Source: Gekko japonicus
Taxonomy: Eukaryota
Reading direction: 5' to 3'
Length of the DNA stretch: 64,000 nt
Assembly: GCF_001447785.1 (NCBI RefSeq)
Contig: NW_015164186.1
Location: forward strand, 717,781 to 781,780
The translations under genes and the position numbers were made by a program. Below the pieces are notes generated by a model, which saw only the letters and a program-made list of their open reading frames with translations, did not search any database and was not told where the DNA came from. Positions 12,293 through 24,651 of the stretch are shown one piece after another (positions within the stretch are counted from its first letter, which is position 1; each line of letters begins with the position of its first letter).

Positions 12293-14613
12293 GATCCTAT
12301 CACTGATTGCCACTGGGCAAATGGCTCGGTGTAATGATGACAGAGCAACAGTCTTAGAGGGGTAGGGGAAAACTCAGCACAGGGCTGCCATTTTGGGTGA
12401 CAGCCCTGTGTTTCCTAGGCAGCCTTGTGTTTCCTAGCACATGTAGTTCCTGCTCTAAGATTTGTGTCCCCCAGCTCTGCTAAGCCAACACACCACGCCT
12501 AGATGAGGGACACAGGAAGACAGCGACTGACTGGAAAGGGGCTTTCAGGTGGGAGGATCAGGTGGGCCCACCAGTGGTGTGTCCGGTGCCCTCTGCTCTT
12601 CCTGTGACATGACTCGGGAGGGGGGGCAGAGAAGGCTCTCTGTGCAGCAGCAGCTGCCACTGACCTTTTATGTGAGCATGCTTTGCCCCCTCCAGGCCTG
12701 CCCCAGAGACCTTGGCAACAGCACCAAGTAATGGGGAAACAGCAAAGATGCTCCAGCCACACTCTTCCCCCCTCCCAACCCACCACAAGCATGCAGACAC
12801 ATTCACACACATACACACACTCCATGCCTCTCAGGCTCTTTATCATCCACTCTTTTTTCCCCAATTTTGGAGGGGGCACCTGAGTAATGCACGGTGGGGT
12901 ATGAAACTGACTTCGCCTCCTACACTACGCTAATCAAAACTGCACTACCCGAGGGGTTAATTGCTTTCATCAAGAGTACCAGCTCTCTCCCCCACCCCAC
13001 ACACACCCTCCTGCCCTCCTCCCGTCCCCCCCTCCCTGTGCTTTTCCTTTGACTGCAGCCCTACAGAGTAATAATTCTTCCACCAGGTCTCTGAGTAATT
13101 GCCCACTCCCTTGCTGGGATAATGGGCGACAAGTGATGCTGAGCCATTTGCTCGCGCAAAGAGATGCTGAGATTGGACCGCGGCAATGTCAAGAGCTGGC
13201 TAGGAAGCTGCTACTCCTGCCCTGCAGCGGCTTTTAAGTGATTGCTCCAAGCTCAATAGCAGAGGCTAGCTGGTGGGCTATGAAACTGCAGGGCAAAACA
13301 AACAGTTCAGGGGGGGTGGCAAGTGTGTGCTAGGGGGACCTGGGATGACACCAGTTGGCTGTTCATGGGGATAGAGAGGAACAAATGAGTCTTCCCTCCG
13401 GGGGTCTTTTTCCATTTCAGCCCTTACTGTCATTGAAAATGGTTGTACACTGAGCTCTTTGCTATTCTTTCTTTTGTATTTGTGCCACTGCATAGAAGTA
13501 TAAGATGAAACAGGTCACTTATGAGGGGGGGGCTGCAGCTCAGCACTTGCTGTGTACACACAGAAGGGCCCGAGATCAGGTCCCCCCGCCCTGTGCCTTC
13601 AGATGCCTGAGATTCCAGAGAACTGCAGCTGCCAATCTGAACAGACAATTCCAGGTGAGGTGGACCAATGGTCTGTTTCCATGTAAGGCAGCTCTATGGG
13701 TTCACATTAATTGATGGCCAGACATTTATAAGAAATGTTCAGATCTTCAGGATCTTCTGTACCCATTTCCTGCATTCAAGTATTGGTTGTCACTACATGG
13801 ATTTGCCTGCTAATGATCAATTCACTGAACACATTTCATGTAGATGTGATGTTTTGGGCTGTCAGATCTCTGAAAAATGCTAACACCTCCCCTCCCCTCC
13901 CAAATCAAGATGTCTACAATGTTCTATAATGTTCAAAATGCACTTGTTCGGTAGTCTAGGAAGTGTTTAGCAAATGCAAGAAAAATAAACTTGATAATCC
14001 GATGTATTATATTTTTTAAATTGTTTTTTTTAATTCAACCATTTTAACATACTGCTCTATCACTGGACCTGCCAGAGCATTGTTAATGTGGACACATACA
14101 GTGGAAAGAACTCTGAATGTTTAATATACTCTTGCATTAAATAATAAATCACTATCATGCTACCCCCGTTTGTTGATTTGGCATGGAATGCCCCTTATAC
14201 ATTTGGCATAATCAAATGGTAAAGCTTTTTCTCGATTATACCGCTCCACTTGCAACCACTGGGGTGGAAATGGCATTTAAAAGTGGATGTTCTGAATGTT
14301 TAGTTTGAAAGGGTCCCAAGGCTGCTAAAAGTATATGAAAATCATGTAACTCTGTGGATGTGGCAAAATTGGGTGGTTTTGTTTTTAATAAGCAGAGAGT
14401 TTTGCCATACATACACTTCAGCTCTGTGGCAGGATATAAGGCTCGTTGGAGCTCTACAACTCATTGGAGCAACTTGTCTGCTTCCTGGAGCTGTTCATGG
14501 TCCTGCAAAATCTCCTTGTAAGGCACGCATACAAGGGCTTAAACCTGACTAAGCTCAGTGAGACTGACTTCTGAGTAAACATATGTAGGACTGTAGGACT
14601 GCAATATCCTGTA

Positions 14614-14954
14614 GGAGCTGCGGTGGCTCAAGTGGTTAAGACGCTGAACTGCAGGCTGTGGAAGGTCAGTAGTTCAGCGGTTCAAGACCCGGGTGCCGCA
14701 AGACAGGGAGAGCTCCTGTCTCTAGTTCCAGCTCCTGCCAACCTAGCAGTTCGAAAGCAAGAAATTGCAAGTAGATAAATAGGTGCCACTTCGGTGGGAA
14801 GGTAACAGCGTTCCGTGTGCCTTTGTGTTTAGTCATGCCGGCCACATGACCACGGAAACGTCTTCGGACAGCGCTGGCTCTTCGGCTTTGAAACGGAGAT
14901 GAGCACCGCAACCCTAGAGTCGGATTCGACTGGCTTTCGAGCAAGGAAACCTTT
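14614..14954 (+). mobile_element. Sauria SINE
   Basis: Same family. TSD aatatcctgta (14603-14613, 14955-14965). Confidence 0.92.
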
Positions 14955-15249
14955 AATATCCTGTAATCTGTCTTTGGTACCTGATCCTCCCTCTCCCCAG
15001 TAATGTGCTATCATCTCCTTGCACCTGACTTAACAGTAATGTGCTATCATCTCCTTGCACCTTTCAACGAAAGATGACAACTGTCTCTTGTTATACGTCT
15101 ACATGCTTCCCAGCCAGTCTTCAGAGGAAACTGCCCAGCACTTGCAGGAACCAACAAGCCAAGAAAGAGTAAAGGTCCACTGAGCGACGTTAGCCTCCTG
15201 CTTCCCCACCAGGTCCATCCTATCCAGTAACAAGATAGTGTTGCATTAC

Positions 15250-15369
15250 CTGTGAACCTCAGGAATTGTATCTTCATTTTCTTCAAACACCTCCATAGAA
15301 CGGAGTGAACTGGAGAGCAGTAGCTTTTCTCCTAGGCTTCTTTCAAGTGCCTCATCCTGAATTTGTTCC
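15250..15369 (-). CDS. FAM178B: FAM178B-like coding exon, phase 2-2
   Basis: Acceptor cctttcctttag| and donor cag|gtaatg. Translates EQIQDEALERSLGEKLLLSSSLRSMEVFEENEDTIPEVHR, resembling recalled human EQALEQERERLLL...EEEVPLTPEHR. Confidence 0.9.
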
Positions 15370-16403
15370 CTAAAGGAAAGGAAGCCAGAACAACATTGTG
15401 AAGACAGGTCATATACCCAAGCATGGTGTGTGTGTGTCTGCATGCTAGAATACCAATGTGTTTATTTTAATTATTTTTACCCATCTTTCTCCTTATATCG
15501 ATCCAAGGCATAGCCTAACAGTTGGCCAACGAATCAATCGAAATTCAGAGCCAATGCCAGATAGTGGACAGAGATTTGAGCTTGGGAGGATTGCATTCCA
15601 ATCCTAAACAGAGTCTTCAGTGGACTTGGACAGGTATAATTCTGCTTAAAATAGCCCTGTTGTTTTCAGACTAAACAGGATAGTGACTCTGGAGACGAAA
15701 CTGCTGTCCTCTGAATGGTGTGGCTTGGCTTGCTGGCAAGAGTCATCTAAAGCTATTTGTACAGGCTACTACGCACCTGTTTGCTGAGTGTGGGACAATG
15801 CCTGGGTGGCATAGATTAACCTGGGGCAGGGCTGGGGACTGTTGCCAAGGGGCAACCCGAAGATGAGGCAGCTACAGCTTCTCCTGCCCATCCTTCATCT
15901 GCTCCTGTTCCCCTACCTACTGAAATGATGACTCCAGGTCACAGGCACATCCGAGGGAGAAGAGGAAGAAGAAAAACAGACTAGGAAGGGAACAGAGTGG
16001 GAGAGCCTGTGGCTGCCTGGTCTCCTGCTACATCAGGGGATTCTCTGGGTTGCAGCTTGGTCATCCTTATGGGATAGCTGCTAATGCAGTCCTGCTAATG
16101 CAGTCCTGCTTGATGTTGGGGGGAAATTAATTGGGGATTCTGGTCCCTCCCAAGAGGATAACTCTATAATAGAACAGACAACAGGAACATGGTTGGATAG
16201 GGGTTGTCTCTGCCTGCAGACCCTTCCTGGAATATCTCCTGCAGAACTTTCTGCATACATGGGACTCCAAGCCTCCCCCCTTCACCCCCAGACTCCTCTT
16301 GCCTCTTGCACATGCATCGCAGGGCAAATGAATCCTATGCAACAGGTACTTTTGGTCATAACTTCAGCTTACCAGTGGCGCTCCAGCCCCAAGCAGGCCT
16401 TAC

Positions 16404-16465
16404 CTTTTCTCCTCTAGGAGCTTGTCTAGGCTGCTGAGGTAACAATCTGGCCCTGAAGACAGGAA
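16404..16465 (-). CDS. FAM178B: FAM178B-like coding exon, phase 0-2
   Basis: Acceptor ttccctcttcatccag| and donor aag|gtaagg. Translates FLSSGPDCYLSSLDKLLEEKR, matching the recalled FAM178B/SLF2 motif Y(F)NNLDYLLQEKR. Confidence 0.9.
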
Positions 16466-17161
16466 CTGGATGAAGAGGGAAGAACAAAAGGTGTCATTTC
16501 TGCCACGTGATGCAGAACCCCGCCTGCTCACCTTGGGACCCACTGAGCCTAACACAGCTCACCAACCACGCGTGGCAGCTTTCCACAGCTCAGGACAGCC
16601 CTCTCCCACCGTTTCTGACCTCAGCCTGCCTGCGACCTTCCTATTGCGCCATTTGTTTATGATTCAACCGGGCTCCTTCAGCAAAGGGGGGGAAAGCCCA
16701 GAAGGCAAAGTCAAGAAGGTGCAGCCTTATTTAATAGCAAATTCCCAATTCCAGACACCCTTCATAGATCTTCATCAGGCGGATTTGTTCAACAGTTAGG
16801 CCGTTGAACACAATCATGTCTGGAGACACAGTTCCTCTGTATATATTCCACTGGGAAGAGATGTAACTGTTGAGTGAATCCCTCGATGAAGATCAGTGAA
16901 ATGCATCAGGAATTTGGAATTTACTGCCAAGTTAACTCTGTGTCCTCATGGTTTCAGGGCCCTTTCTTGGTTGCTTTCTCAGCAGAGCATCCCCAGTGAG
17001 TTTTGCTGCCCTGAAGGCATGTGAAATCCTAATTATGCCTCCCTCTAGCACTTTGCTAATATGGCTCAAAGGGTATATATACCTTGGGTGAGCTAAACAA
17101 AAGGAAAATGGGCCAAGCGTGGTAAGGACATAGTAGCTAAGCCAAGTCTTTGCAATTATAC

Positions 17162-18653
17162 CAGACGCACCATGTCATGAAGCTGGTATCCCTTGTGAAA
17201 CATGGTACTCACTGTGCTTCGCTCCGCAGAGCTCTGATTCATGTCATCTGTCTGAAGCAGGTCTGCGAGTGATATGAGGCCACTGTCATCCATGTCTTCC
17301 TCCATGTCTGAGCCTGGGGCCATCTCCTCTGGCTCCCCTGAAAGCTTATTGGAAGATGTGGAGCTGCTGCTCCTAGAGGAGACTGTGGGTGATGCCATCA
17401 TCAGTGGATGAGTAGAGAGTTCTGAAGGTGGAGATTCTGGATCCATGTCTCTTTCCATATCTGAATCAAGCGTCATCTTCACTGGGTCACCCACAAACTC
17501 ACCAGAGAAGGCAGAGATACTGCTTCTGGAGGAAATCTTGGATGATGCCAACAGCGGATGCGTGGGGAATTGTGAAGGTGGAGATTCTAGACTCGGGTCT
17601 CTTTCGACATCTGAATCGAGCAACTGCTTCTCGGGGTCCCCCGCAAACCCATCAGAGGATGCAGAGATGCAGCTTCTGGGGGAAATCCTGGATGTTACCA
17701 TGGATGGATGGTAACAGTATGGTGAAGGTGGATGTTCTAGTTCCACCTCTCCCATCATGTCTAACTCAAGATCCAGCTTATCTGGGTCCTTTGCAAAATT
17801 GGGGGAGGACATATAGATGCTGTTTCTGGAGGAGGCCCTGGATGCTGTGGTTGATGAATGGATGGGAGATGGTAAAGGAGAACGTCCTGTGCCAAAGGCT
17901 GTCCAGTTTTTTGCTTGGGCTTGACCCACAAGCAAGGCTCCTTCTAGCTCTTCGTTTGCCAACTGGCAGAAACTAGGCTCAAGATGTTCCAGACCTGCCA
18001 CATCCTTCTTTTCAGTTTCCCCAAGGGCTACATTGTTTGTATCTGTAGCTGCTGCCTGGTTGAGGATTCCCAGGGGACTCTGAGTTGAGGAGGTTGCCTT
18101 AGGTGTAAATTCCATAACCTGTGATCCAAAAGCTTCTTCAGTAATATCTGGCATCTCCCCTGAGCTTCGAGATTCAGAGGCAGGCCCTGGAGCAGGGCTC
18201 AAAGGCGGGGGGTCATCATAGTAGAGGAATTCAACCCGTGGCGGGGTCCAGTCTGCAGGGAACATGTCATCATCCTCCTCCTCCAGAGGAGAGTTGGCAT
18301 TTCCGGCGGGGTCCAGTCTGCAGGGAACATGTCGTCATCCTCCTCCTCCTCCAGAGGAGAGTTGGCATTGTCCCATGCACTAGTGCCTCCATTGCTTCCA
18401 GTCGTGTCCGTCACAACTGCCGATGATGCTGGCGAAAATAAGTGAGAGTGAGCAGGAGGGTCCAATGTCAGGCCCTGCTCTGGGCAGCCACGAGCTCCCT
18501 GTTTCTGCTTCTTCCTGGGTCTACTCCTGGTCCTCCCGTTCTGTCTCTGTTTGGCAGCTCCTGAGCTGAAGACAAATCTCTTGGACAGAGAGCAGGCTGG
18601 TGAGCTGCATTTCTGCCGTCTTGAGCACCTCTGCTGAGAGGAGCCTCGAGGTT
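17162..18653 (-). CDS. FAM178B: FAM178B-like large exon, phase 1-0, interrupted by a frameshifting duplication
   Basis: Acceptor ctttctgatccccag| at 18653. The frame is open through RPRKKQKQ...EEEEDDDMFPADWTPP, then shifts frame to FPADWTPPRVEFLY (recalled human FPTDWSPPPVEFLN). Donor ctg|gtataa at 17162 is in phase with the next exon. Confidence 0.8.
17290..17880 (-). repeat. Coding tandem repeat, ~4 units of 150 bp (50 aa), Ser/Asp/Glu-rich
   Basis: gaaggtgga recurs at 17424, 17574 and 17724. Peptide units S.RSSIS..S..F.GDP.K..LDSD.E.D...ESPPS. Confidence 0.88.
18240..18369. repeat. Tandem duplication (62 bp + 3 bp spacer + 65 bp)
   Basis: 18240-18301 and 18305-18369 differ by one GAG codon and one substitution. 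Confidence 0.95.
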
Positions 18654-20599
18654 CTGGGGATCAGAAAGAAGAGATTTATTGCCCGCTATGATTCCAAAGA
18701 ATCATCAAAAAGCTGAAGATTGAAATGCAGAATTCAGCTCCCTGAGGAACTTAGCTTGCCTTTAAAAGAAAGTTCTCCACCCTGTTTGTTCTAAAGAGAT
18801 GCTGCAACATGTGTAGGCAATGACGGCTGAAATCTCTGAAGGCAAAGGAAATACTGAGCAGTTTATTATCTTTCTAATGTTTATCCTGCTCTTCCTCCAA
18901 GGAGCTCAGAGCCTCATATATGGTTCTGCTCTCTTCTCTTTTTATCCTCACAACAACCCTGAGAGGTAGGTTAGGTGGAGACTGAGAGTGTGCCCCAATG
19001 AGCATCATTCTTGTGTGGGGACTTGAACCTGGGTCTCCTCAGGCCTAATCTGACTCTAAACATCATCCCACACGATCCCTATATAAGCTTTCCAGTGGGC
19101 AGAATTTCAGCATCATGCATAGCTCCTTACCCATCCCCAAGGTTAGCACATGCAGGATAAATTCTGCAAAACGGTAATCCTTGAGGAATAAGTTATTTGG
19201 AATAGGAAAAATCAGGAAAACGTGCATAATTCATGCAGAACACACAATTCAGCTTTTGTGACTGCAGAATTTGGGTTACCTTGATGCAGAATTTTGAGCA
19301 CATACAGCATTGGCCATTCCACTAAAGATCCCGGAGAACCTCCTTCAGGAGTTGTGTATGCAGCTCTCCTGCATCCACCCCCTTATGTCACTTCAATCTC
19401 AGACCTGTTTACCCAGTCAAGAGACCAGACAGAGATGACAGCCTTGCCATGGGGAGGAGAGGAGGCATCCCTGGATAATGAAGGTTCCTTGATTTGTTTT
19501 TACTTCATCTCAAGAAAAAGAAAGTACAATAACTATCTTACAGTGAAGAGATGCCCCCTTGCGCTAACTAGGCCAGTTTGGTTCATACATACCAGAGCTG
19601 CCATCTTTACACAGCAGAGGAGAAAGCACATTTCACCACCACTGCGCACATTTAAAGTGTGACCTGTGCATACACTACCTTTCTGTTTTAAAAATAGCAG
19701 GGTGGAAGAGAAATTGTGTGAATCAGGGCTTTATCGTAAGGGCCACAGGGCACGGGTGATGGAGGTGAGCCAAGTCATCTGTCTTGCAAAGTGGAATCAC
19801 ACTGCCTAGCATGCATGAAGCAGGACTGGAATAATATGAAATACCAATAAATGCTTAAAACTGGAGCAGAACCCCAGAAGGCAATGTTTGCAGGACTATG
19901 CTCCAATTAGAATCATAGAATCACAGAGTTGAAAGGGACCTCCAGGATCATCTAGTCTAACCCCCTGCACCATGCAGGAATGAAAAAGGAATGCCCAGAA
20001 GATGGCAAAATAATCTCCAAACTTGCCTGGAGAAAATTGCTTCCTGACCCAAAAAGTGGCAATCAGCAATTCTCAGAGAATGTAAGAAAGGGCCACGAGA
20101 ACTAAGCACTGATGCAACCCTTCCTGCCCTCCCTCTCATGATCTGCCTAAGTTCACCGAATCAGCATTGCTGTCAGATGGCCATCTAGCCTCTGCTTAAA
20201 AACCTGGAAAAAAACCACCACCTCCCAAGGAAGCCTGTTCCACTGAGGAACCACCCTGTCAGGACATTCTTCCTATGTTTAGGTGAAAACTACTTTGATT
20301 TAATTTCAACCCATTGGTTCTGGTCCAAACTTGTGGGGAAACAAAAAACAACTCTGCACCATCCTCCATATGACAGCCCTTAAAGTACTTAAATATGATT
20401 ATCTTATCACCTCTCAGTTATCTTCTCTCCAGGCTAAACATACCCAGCTCCGTCAACCTTTCCTCAGAGGACTTGGTCTCCAGACCCCTCACCATCTTCG
20501 TTGCCCTCCTCTGGACATGTTCCAGCTTGTCTATATCCTTCTTAAATGTTGGTGCCCAAAACTGAACACAATACTCTAGGTGAGGTCTAACCAGAGTGG

Positions 20600-23419
20600 A
20601 GGAGTAGTAGTAGATTAGATTTATACCCCAACCTTCACTACCTGATGGAGTCTCAGAGTGTCTTACAATCTCCTTTCCCTTCCCCTCCCCACAACAGACA
20701 CCCTGTGAGGTAGGTGAGGCTGAGAGAGCTCTTTCAAGAACTGCTCTTTCAAGAACAGCTCTGACAGAATTATTATTTATGTATTATTTATTTTTCGCAT
20801 TTATTTCGCGCCCATCCCATAAACGGGCTCAGGGCGGGTTACAATGTTTTAATAAATACAATAAAATTTAAATCACATTAAAAATATAAAATTAGTAGTC
20901 ATGCTTGACGTAGGTAGAATCTGGCCCATTGATGTAACCAGGTATGGCCAGTTATCAGTAGGTGGGAGATCACAACCTCAGGGGGGCCGTGTGTGGACGC
21001 CCGCTGCCTCAGCCAAAGGCCGTCTTGCAGGCTCTGCGGAATTGCATAAGATCCCACAGGGCCCTGATCTCAATAGGGAGCATGTTCCACCAGGTGGGGG
21101 CCAGGGCAGAAAAAGCCCTGGCCCTGGTCGAGGCTAGGTGGATGTCCTTTGGGCCAGGGATCACCAGATGTTGACTCTCAGAGCATAATGCTCTCTGAGG
21201 CGTATATGGGAAGAGGCGGTCCCTTAGTATGTTGGTCCCAAGCTGCATAAGGCTTTAAAGGTAATTACCAACATCTTGAAGTGAATCCGGTATTCAACCA
21301 GCAACCAATGCAGCTGACAGAGCACATGCCGAACATGGGCCTGCACAGGCGTCGACATCAGCAGGCGCCCCGCCGCATTTTGTACCAGCTGTAATTTCCG
21401 GATCAGCTTCAAGGGTAAGCCTGCGTAGACTGAGTTGCAGTAATCAAGCCTGGAAGTGACCATTGCATGGGTCACCGTAGCTAAGACCTGGGGGGGAGAG
21501 ATAGGGCTTCAGTGGCCTGATCTGCCTGAGATGGAAAAATGCAGATCTGGCAACTGCAGCAACCTGGGCATCCGTAGATAAGGAGGTATCCAATGTTACT
21601 CCCAGGCTCTTCACTGACTGGGCCGGCACCAGAGGTGTTCCTTCCAGTGTGGGAAGCCTGGTGCCCACCTCCAAACCCCCATGTCCCAGGTAACTTCAAT
21701 CGACTCTGCCGCAACCATCCAGCCACAGCATCCAAAGCCTCAGCCAAATTTCCAGGAATGGAAGATGGATGACCATCCATTAACAGATAAAGCTGAGTGT
21801 CATCAGCATACTGATGGCAACCCAGCCCATAACTCCGGACTAACTGGGCGAAGGGGCGCATATAGATGTTAAATAGCATTGGCGAGAGGATCGCCCCCTG
21901 CGGCACTCCACATTCTAGTGGGTACCGTGGGGAGACTCTCTCGCCCAGCGCCACCCTCTGTCCCTGACCATGGAGAAAGGAGGAAAACCATTTCAAGGCA
22001 GTCCCCTGGACTCCTACGTCGGCGAGGCAGTGGGTCATAAGATCATAATCGACTGTAACAAACGCTGCCGTTAAATCTAATAACAACAGCAGCGCTGACC
22101 CACCTCAGTCCAGATGTCTACGGAGGTCATCTGTAAGGACAAGAAGAGCCATCTCCATCCCATGGCCAAAGGAACAAGGGTGGGAGCATCATCCAGGAAA
22201 TCCTGGAGTTGTTTGGTCACTGCTCTCTCAACCACCTTACCCAGGAACGGTAAGTTCGACACTGGGCGGTTGGTCAGGACCGTTGGGTCCAATGATGGCT
22301 TTTTCAAGAGCGGGCAAACTACTGCCTCCTTTAAAGCTTCCAGAAAAGTCCCAGTAGATAGGGACAAGTTGATGATTTCTTCCAGAGGGGCCCGAATGCT
22401 CTCCATGCAAGATTTCACTAGCCACGAAGGGCAAGTAGTGGGCCTCACAGCTGCCAAGGTCCTGTCAACTTCCTCCCGGGTGAATCGATTACAGTGGTCC
22501 AATAGCAGACCAGAAGACGGACAAGGGGCTTCCATTTCCTTTACTGTCTCAATTGTGGCTGGGAGGTCCTGGCGGAGTGTCATGATCTTATTTGCAAAGT
22601 AGCTCGCAAATACCTCACAGCCAATAGCCAATTCCCTACTATTTGGTCTGCCCTGAGGCGGAGTCGTAATGGACTGAATAACTCTAAAATATTGGGCTGG
22701 GTGCGAGTTCGCAGACACAATGAAGGCTACATAGAAAAAATCCTTCTTTGCGGCCTTCACTGCCATCTCATAGGATTTCATAAGTGTCCTATAAGATGTT
22801 CTTGACACTTTGTCATGAGCACACCGCCACCTTTGTTCTAGCCCTCTTCTCTCCCGCTTCATCCTTCAAGGCTCCGTAGTATACCATGGTGCTGCTTTGG
22901 TGTGGGGGCACAGAGGGTGCCGGGGAGCAATTTTGTTGATGGCTTCGGAGAGCCAGTCATCCCAGTCCTCCACCAGCTCATCCAATGAGACACCAGGGGC
23001 ACTGGATCCCGCAGAGCCTCCTGAAGCCGACTAGGCCAATGCACATACAGCATTGGCCATTCCACTAAAGATCCCGGAGAACCTCCTTCAGAAGTTGTGT
23101 ATGCAGCTCTCCTGCATCCACCCCCTTATGTCACTTCAATCTCAGACCTGTTTACCCAGTCAAGAGACCAGACAGAGATGGGCGAGCATAAATGCGCTCA
23201 CCGCCTAAACAGGGTGGGCATGCTATGCTCAGCCGGACCTTCAGGGCAAAGTGGTCAAACCATGGGACATCTGTAGTCATCAGATCCACATGTATCCCCA
23301 TCCCAAAAATCAAATCCAGCATGTGGCCATCCAGCAGCTGCAAGTGGAGGAGTGGGGAATCAAACCTGGTTCTCCTAGACTACAGTCCACGCACTTAACC
23401 ACTACACCAAACTGGCTCT
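20600..23419 (-). mobile_element. tRNA-type SINE split in two (~20600-20770 and ~23333-23419) by an L2 insertion
   Basis: The two halves join to match the intact copy at 24408-24651. Confidence 0.75.
20771..23332 (-). mobile_element. 5'-truncated L2-clade LINE (ORF2 pseudogene)
   Basis: RT motifs GVPQGAILSP and YADDTQLY, plus LDYCNS and LHWL.V..RI.FK. AT-rich tail at ~20771. Frameshifted. Confidence 0.88.
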
Positions 23420-24407
23420 CCAATCACCAATCACTTTGCATGATCTGTACACTACACTTCTGTTGATACAGCCCAGAATCACATTTGCCTTTTTAGCTAC
23501 TGCATCTCACTGCTGACTCATGCTCAGTATATGGTCTACTAAGACCCCTAGATCCTTTTCACACATACTACTGCCAAGAGAAATCTCCCCCATCCTATAA
23601 TTATGCATTTAATTTTTCCTACCTAAATGCAGAATTTTACATATATCCCGATTGAAATTCATTTTATTTTTTAGTTCAAAATCATCCTGTATCCTGGCTT
23701 TTTCTTCTACCGTATTTGTTACCCCTCCCAATTTAGTATCGTCTGCAAATTTAATAAGCATTCCCTCTATTCCTTATTCCAAATCATTTATTAAGATGTT
23801 GAACAAAACAGGTCCCAGGACAAATCCCTGAGACACTCCACTTGTCACTTCTCTCCAAAGGGATGAGGAACCATTAACAAGCACTCTTTGGGTTCAATCT
23901 GTCAACCAGTTACAGATCCACCTAACAGTAATAGGATCCAAACCATGTTTTACCAACTTGTCACCAAGAATATTATGTGGAATCTTATCAAAAGTCTTAC
24001 TAAAATCAAGATGAATTCTGTCTACAGCATTCCTCGATCCAGAAAGGTAGTAACTTTCTCAAAAAAAGAGATAAGGTTAGTCTGACATGACTTGTTCTTG
24101 AGAAATCCATGCTGGCTCTTAGTAATCAAAGCCATCCTTTCTAAATGCTCAAGGACTGACAGTTTGATGATTTGTTCTAAACTTTTCCAGTTATAGACAT
24201 CAAGCTGATGGCTCGGTAATTACCTGGATCCTCCTTTTTTCCCTTCTTGAAGATGGGGACAACATTTGCCCACCTCCAATCTTCTGGCACCTCACCTGTT
24301 CTCCAAGAATTCTCAAAAAATAATGGACAGAGGCTCAGAAATTACATCTGAGAGTTCTTTTTAGATGCTTGGATGCAATTCATCTGGCCCTGTAGATGTT
24401 TATGTAG

Positions 24408-24651
24408 AGAGAGGAGGAGATTGGAATTATATCCCACCCTTCACTACCCTTTCCTTTCCCCTCCCCATAACAGACACCTTGTGAGGTAGGTGGAGCTGAG
24501 AGAGCTCTTTCAAGAACTGCTCCTGAAGGAACAGCTCTGAAAGAACTTGTAACGGACCCAAGGTCACACCAGCAGCTGTATGTGGAGGAGTGGGGAATCA
24601 AACCTGGTTCTCCCAGATTAGAGTCTGCGCACCTAACTGCTACACCAAACT
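24408..24651 (-). mobile_element. tRNA-type SINE within CR1
   Basis: tRNA-like head cagtttggtgtagcagttagg...gaaccaggtttgattcccc on the minus strand, with a short purine repeat tail. Confidence 0.75.

Noticed and set aside
17428-17976. Plus-strand ORFs over the large exons (also 44370-44999)
   Set aside because: Antisense shadows of repetitive coding exons, with no independent support.
19280-19510. Possible exon ending at caag|gtaacc (~19279)
   Set aside because: In-frame stops in the phase needed to join the 18653 acceptor.
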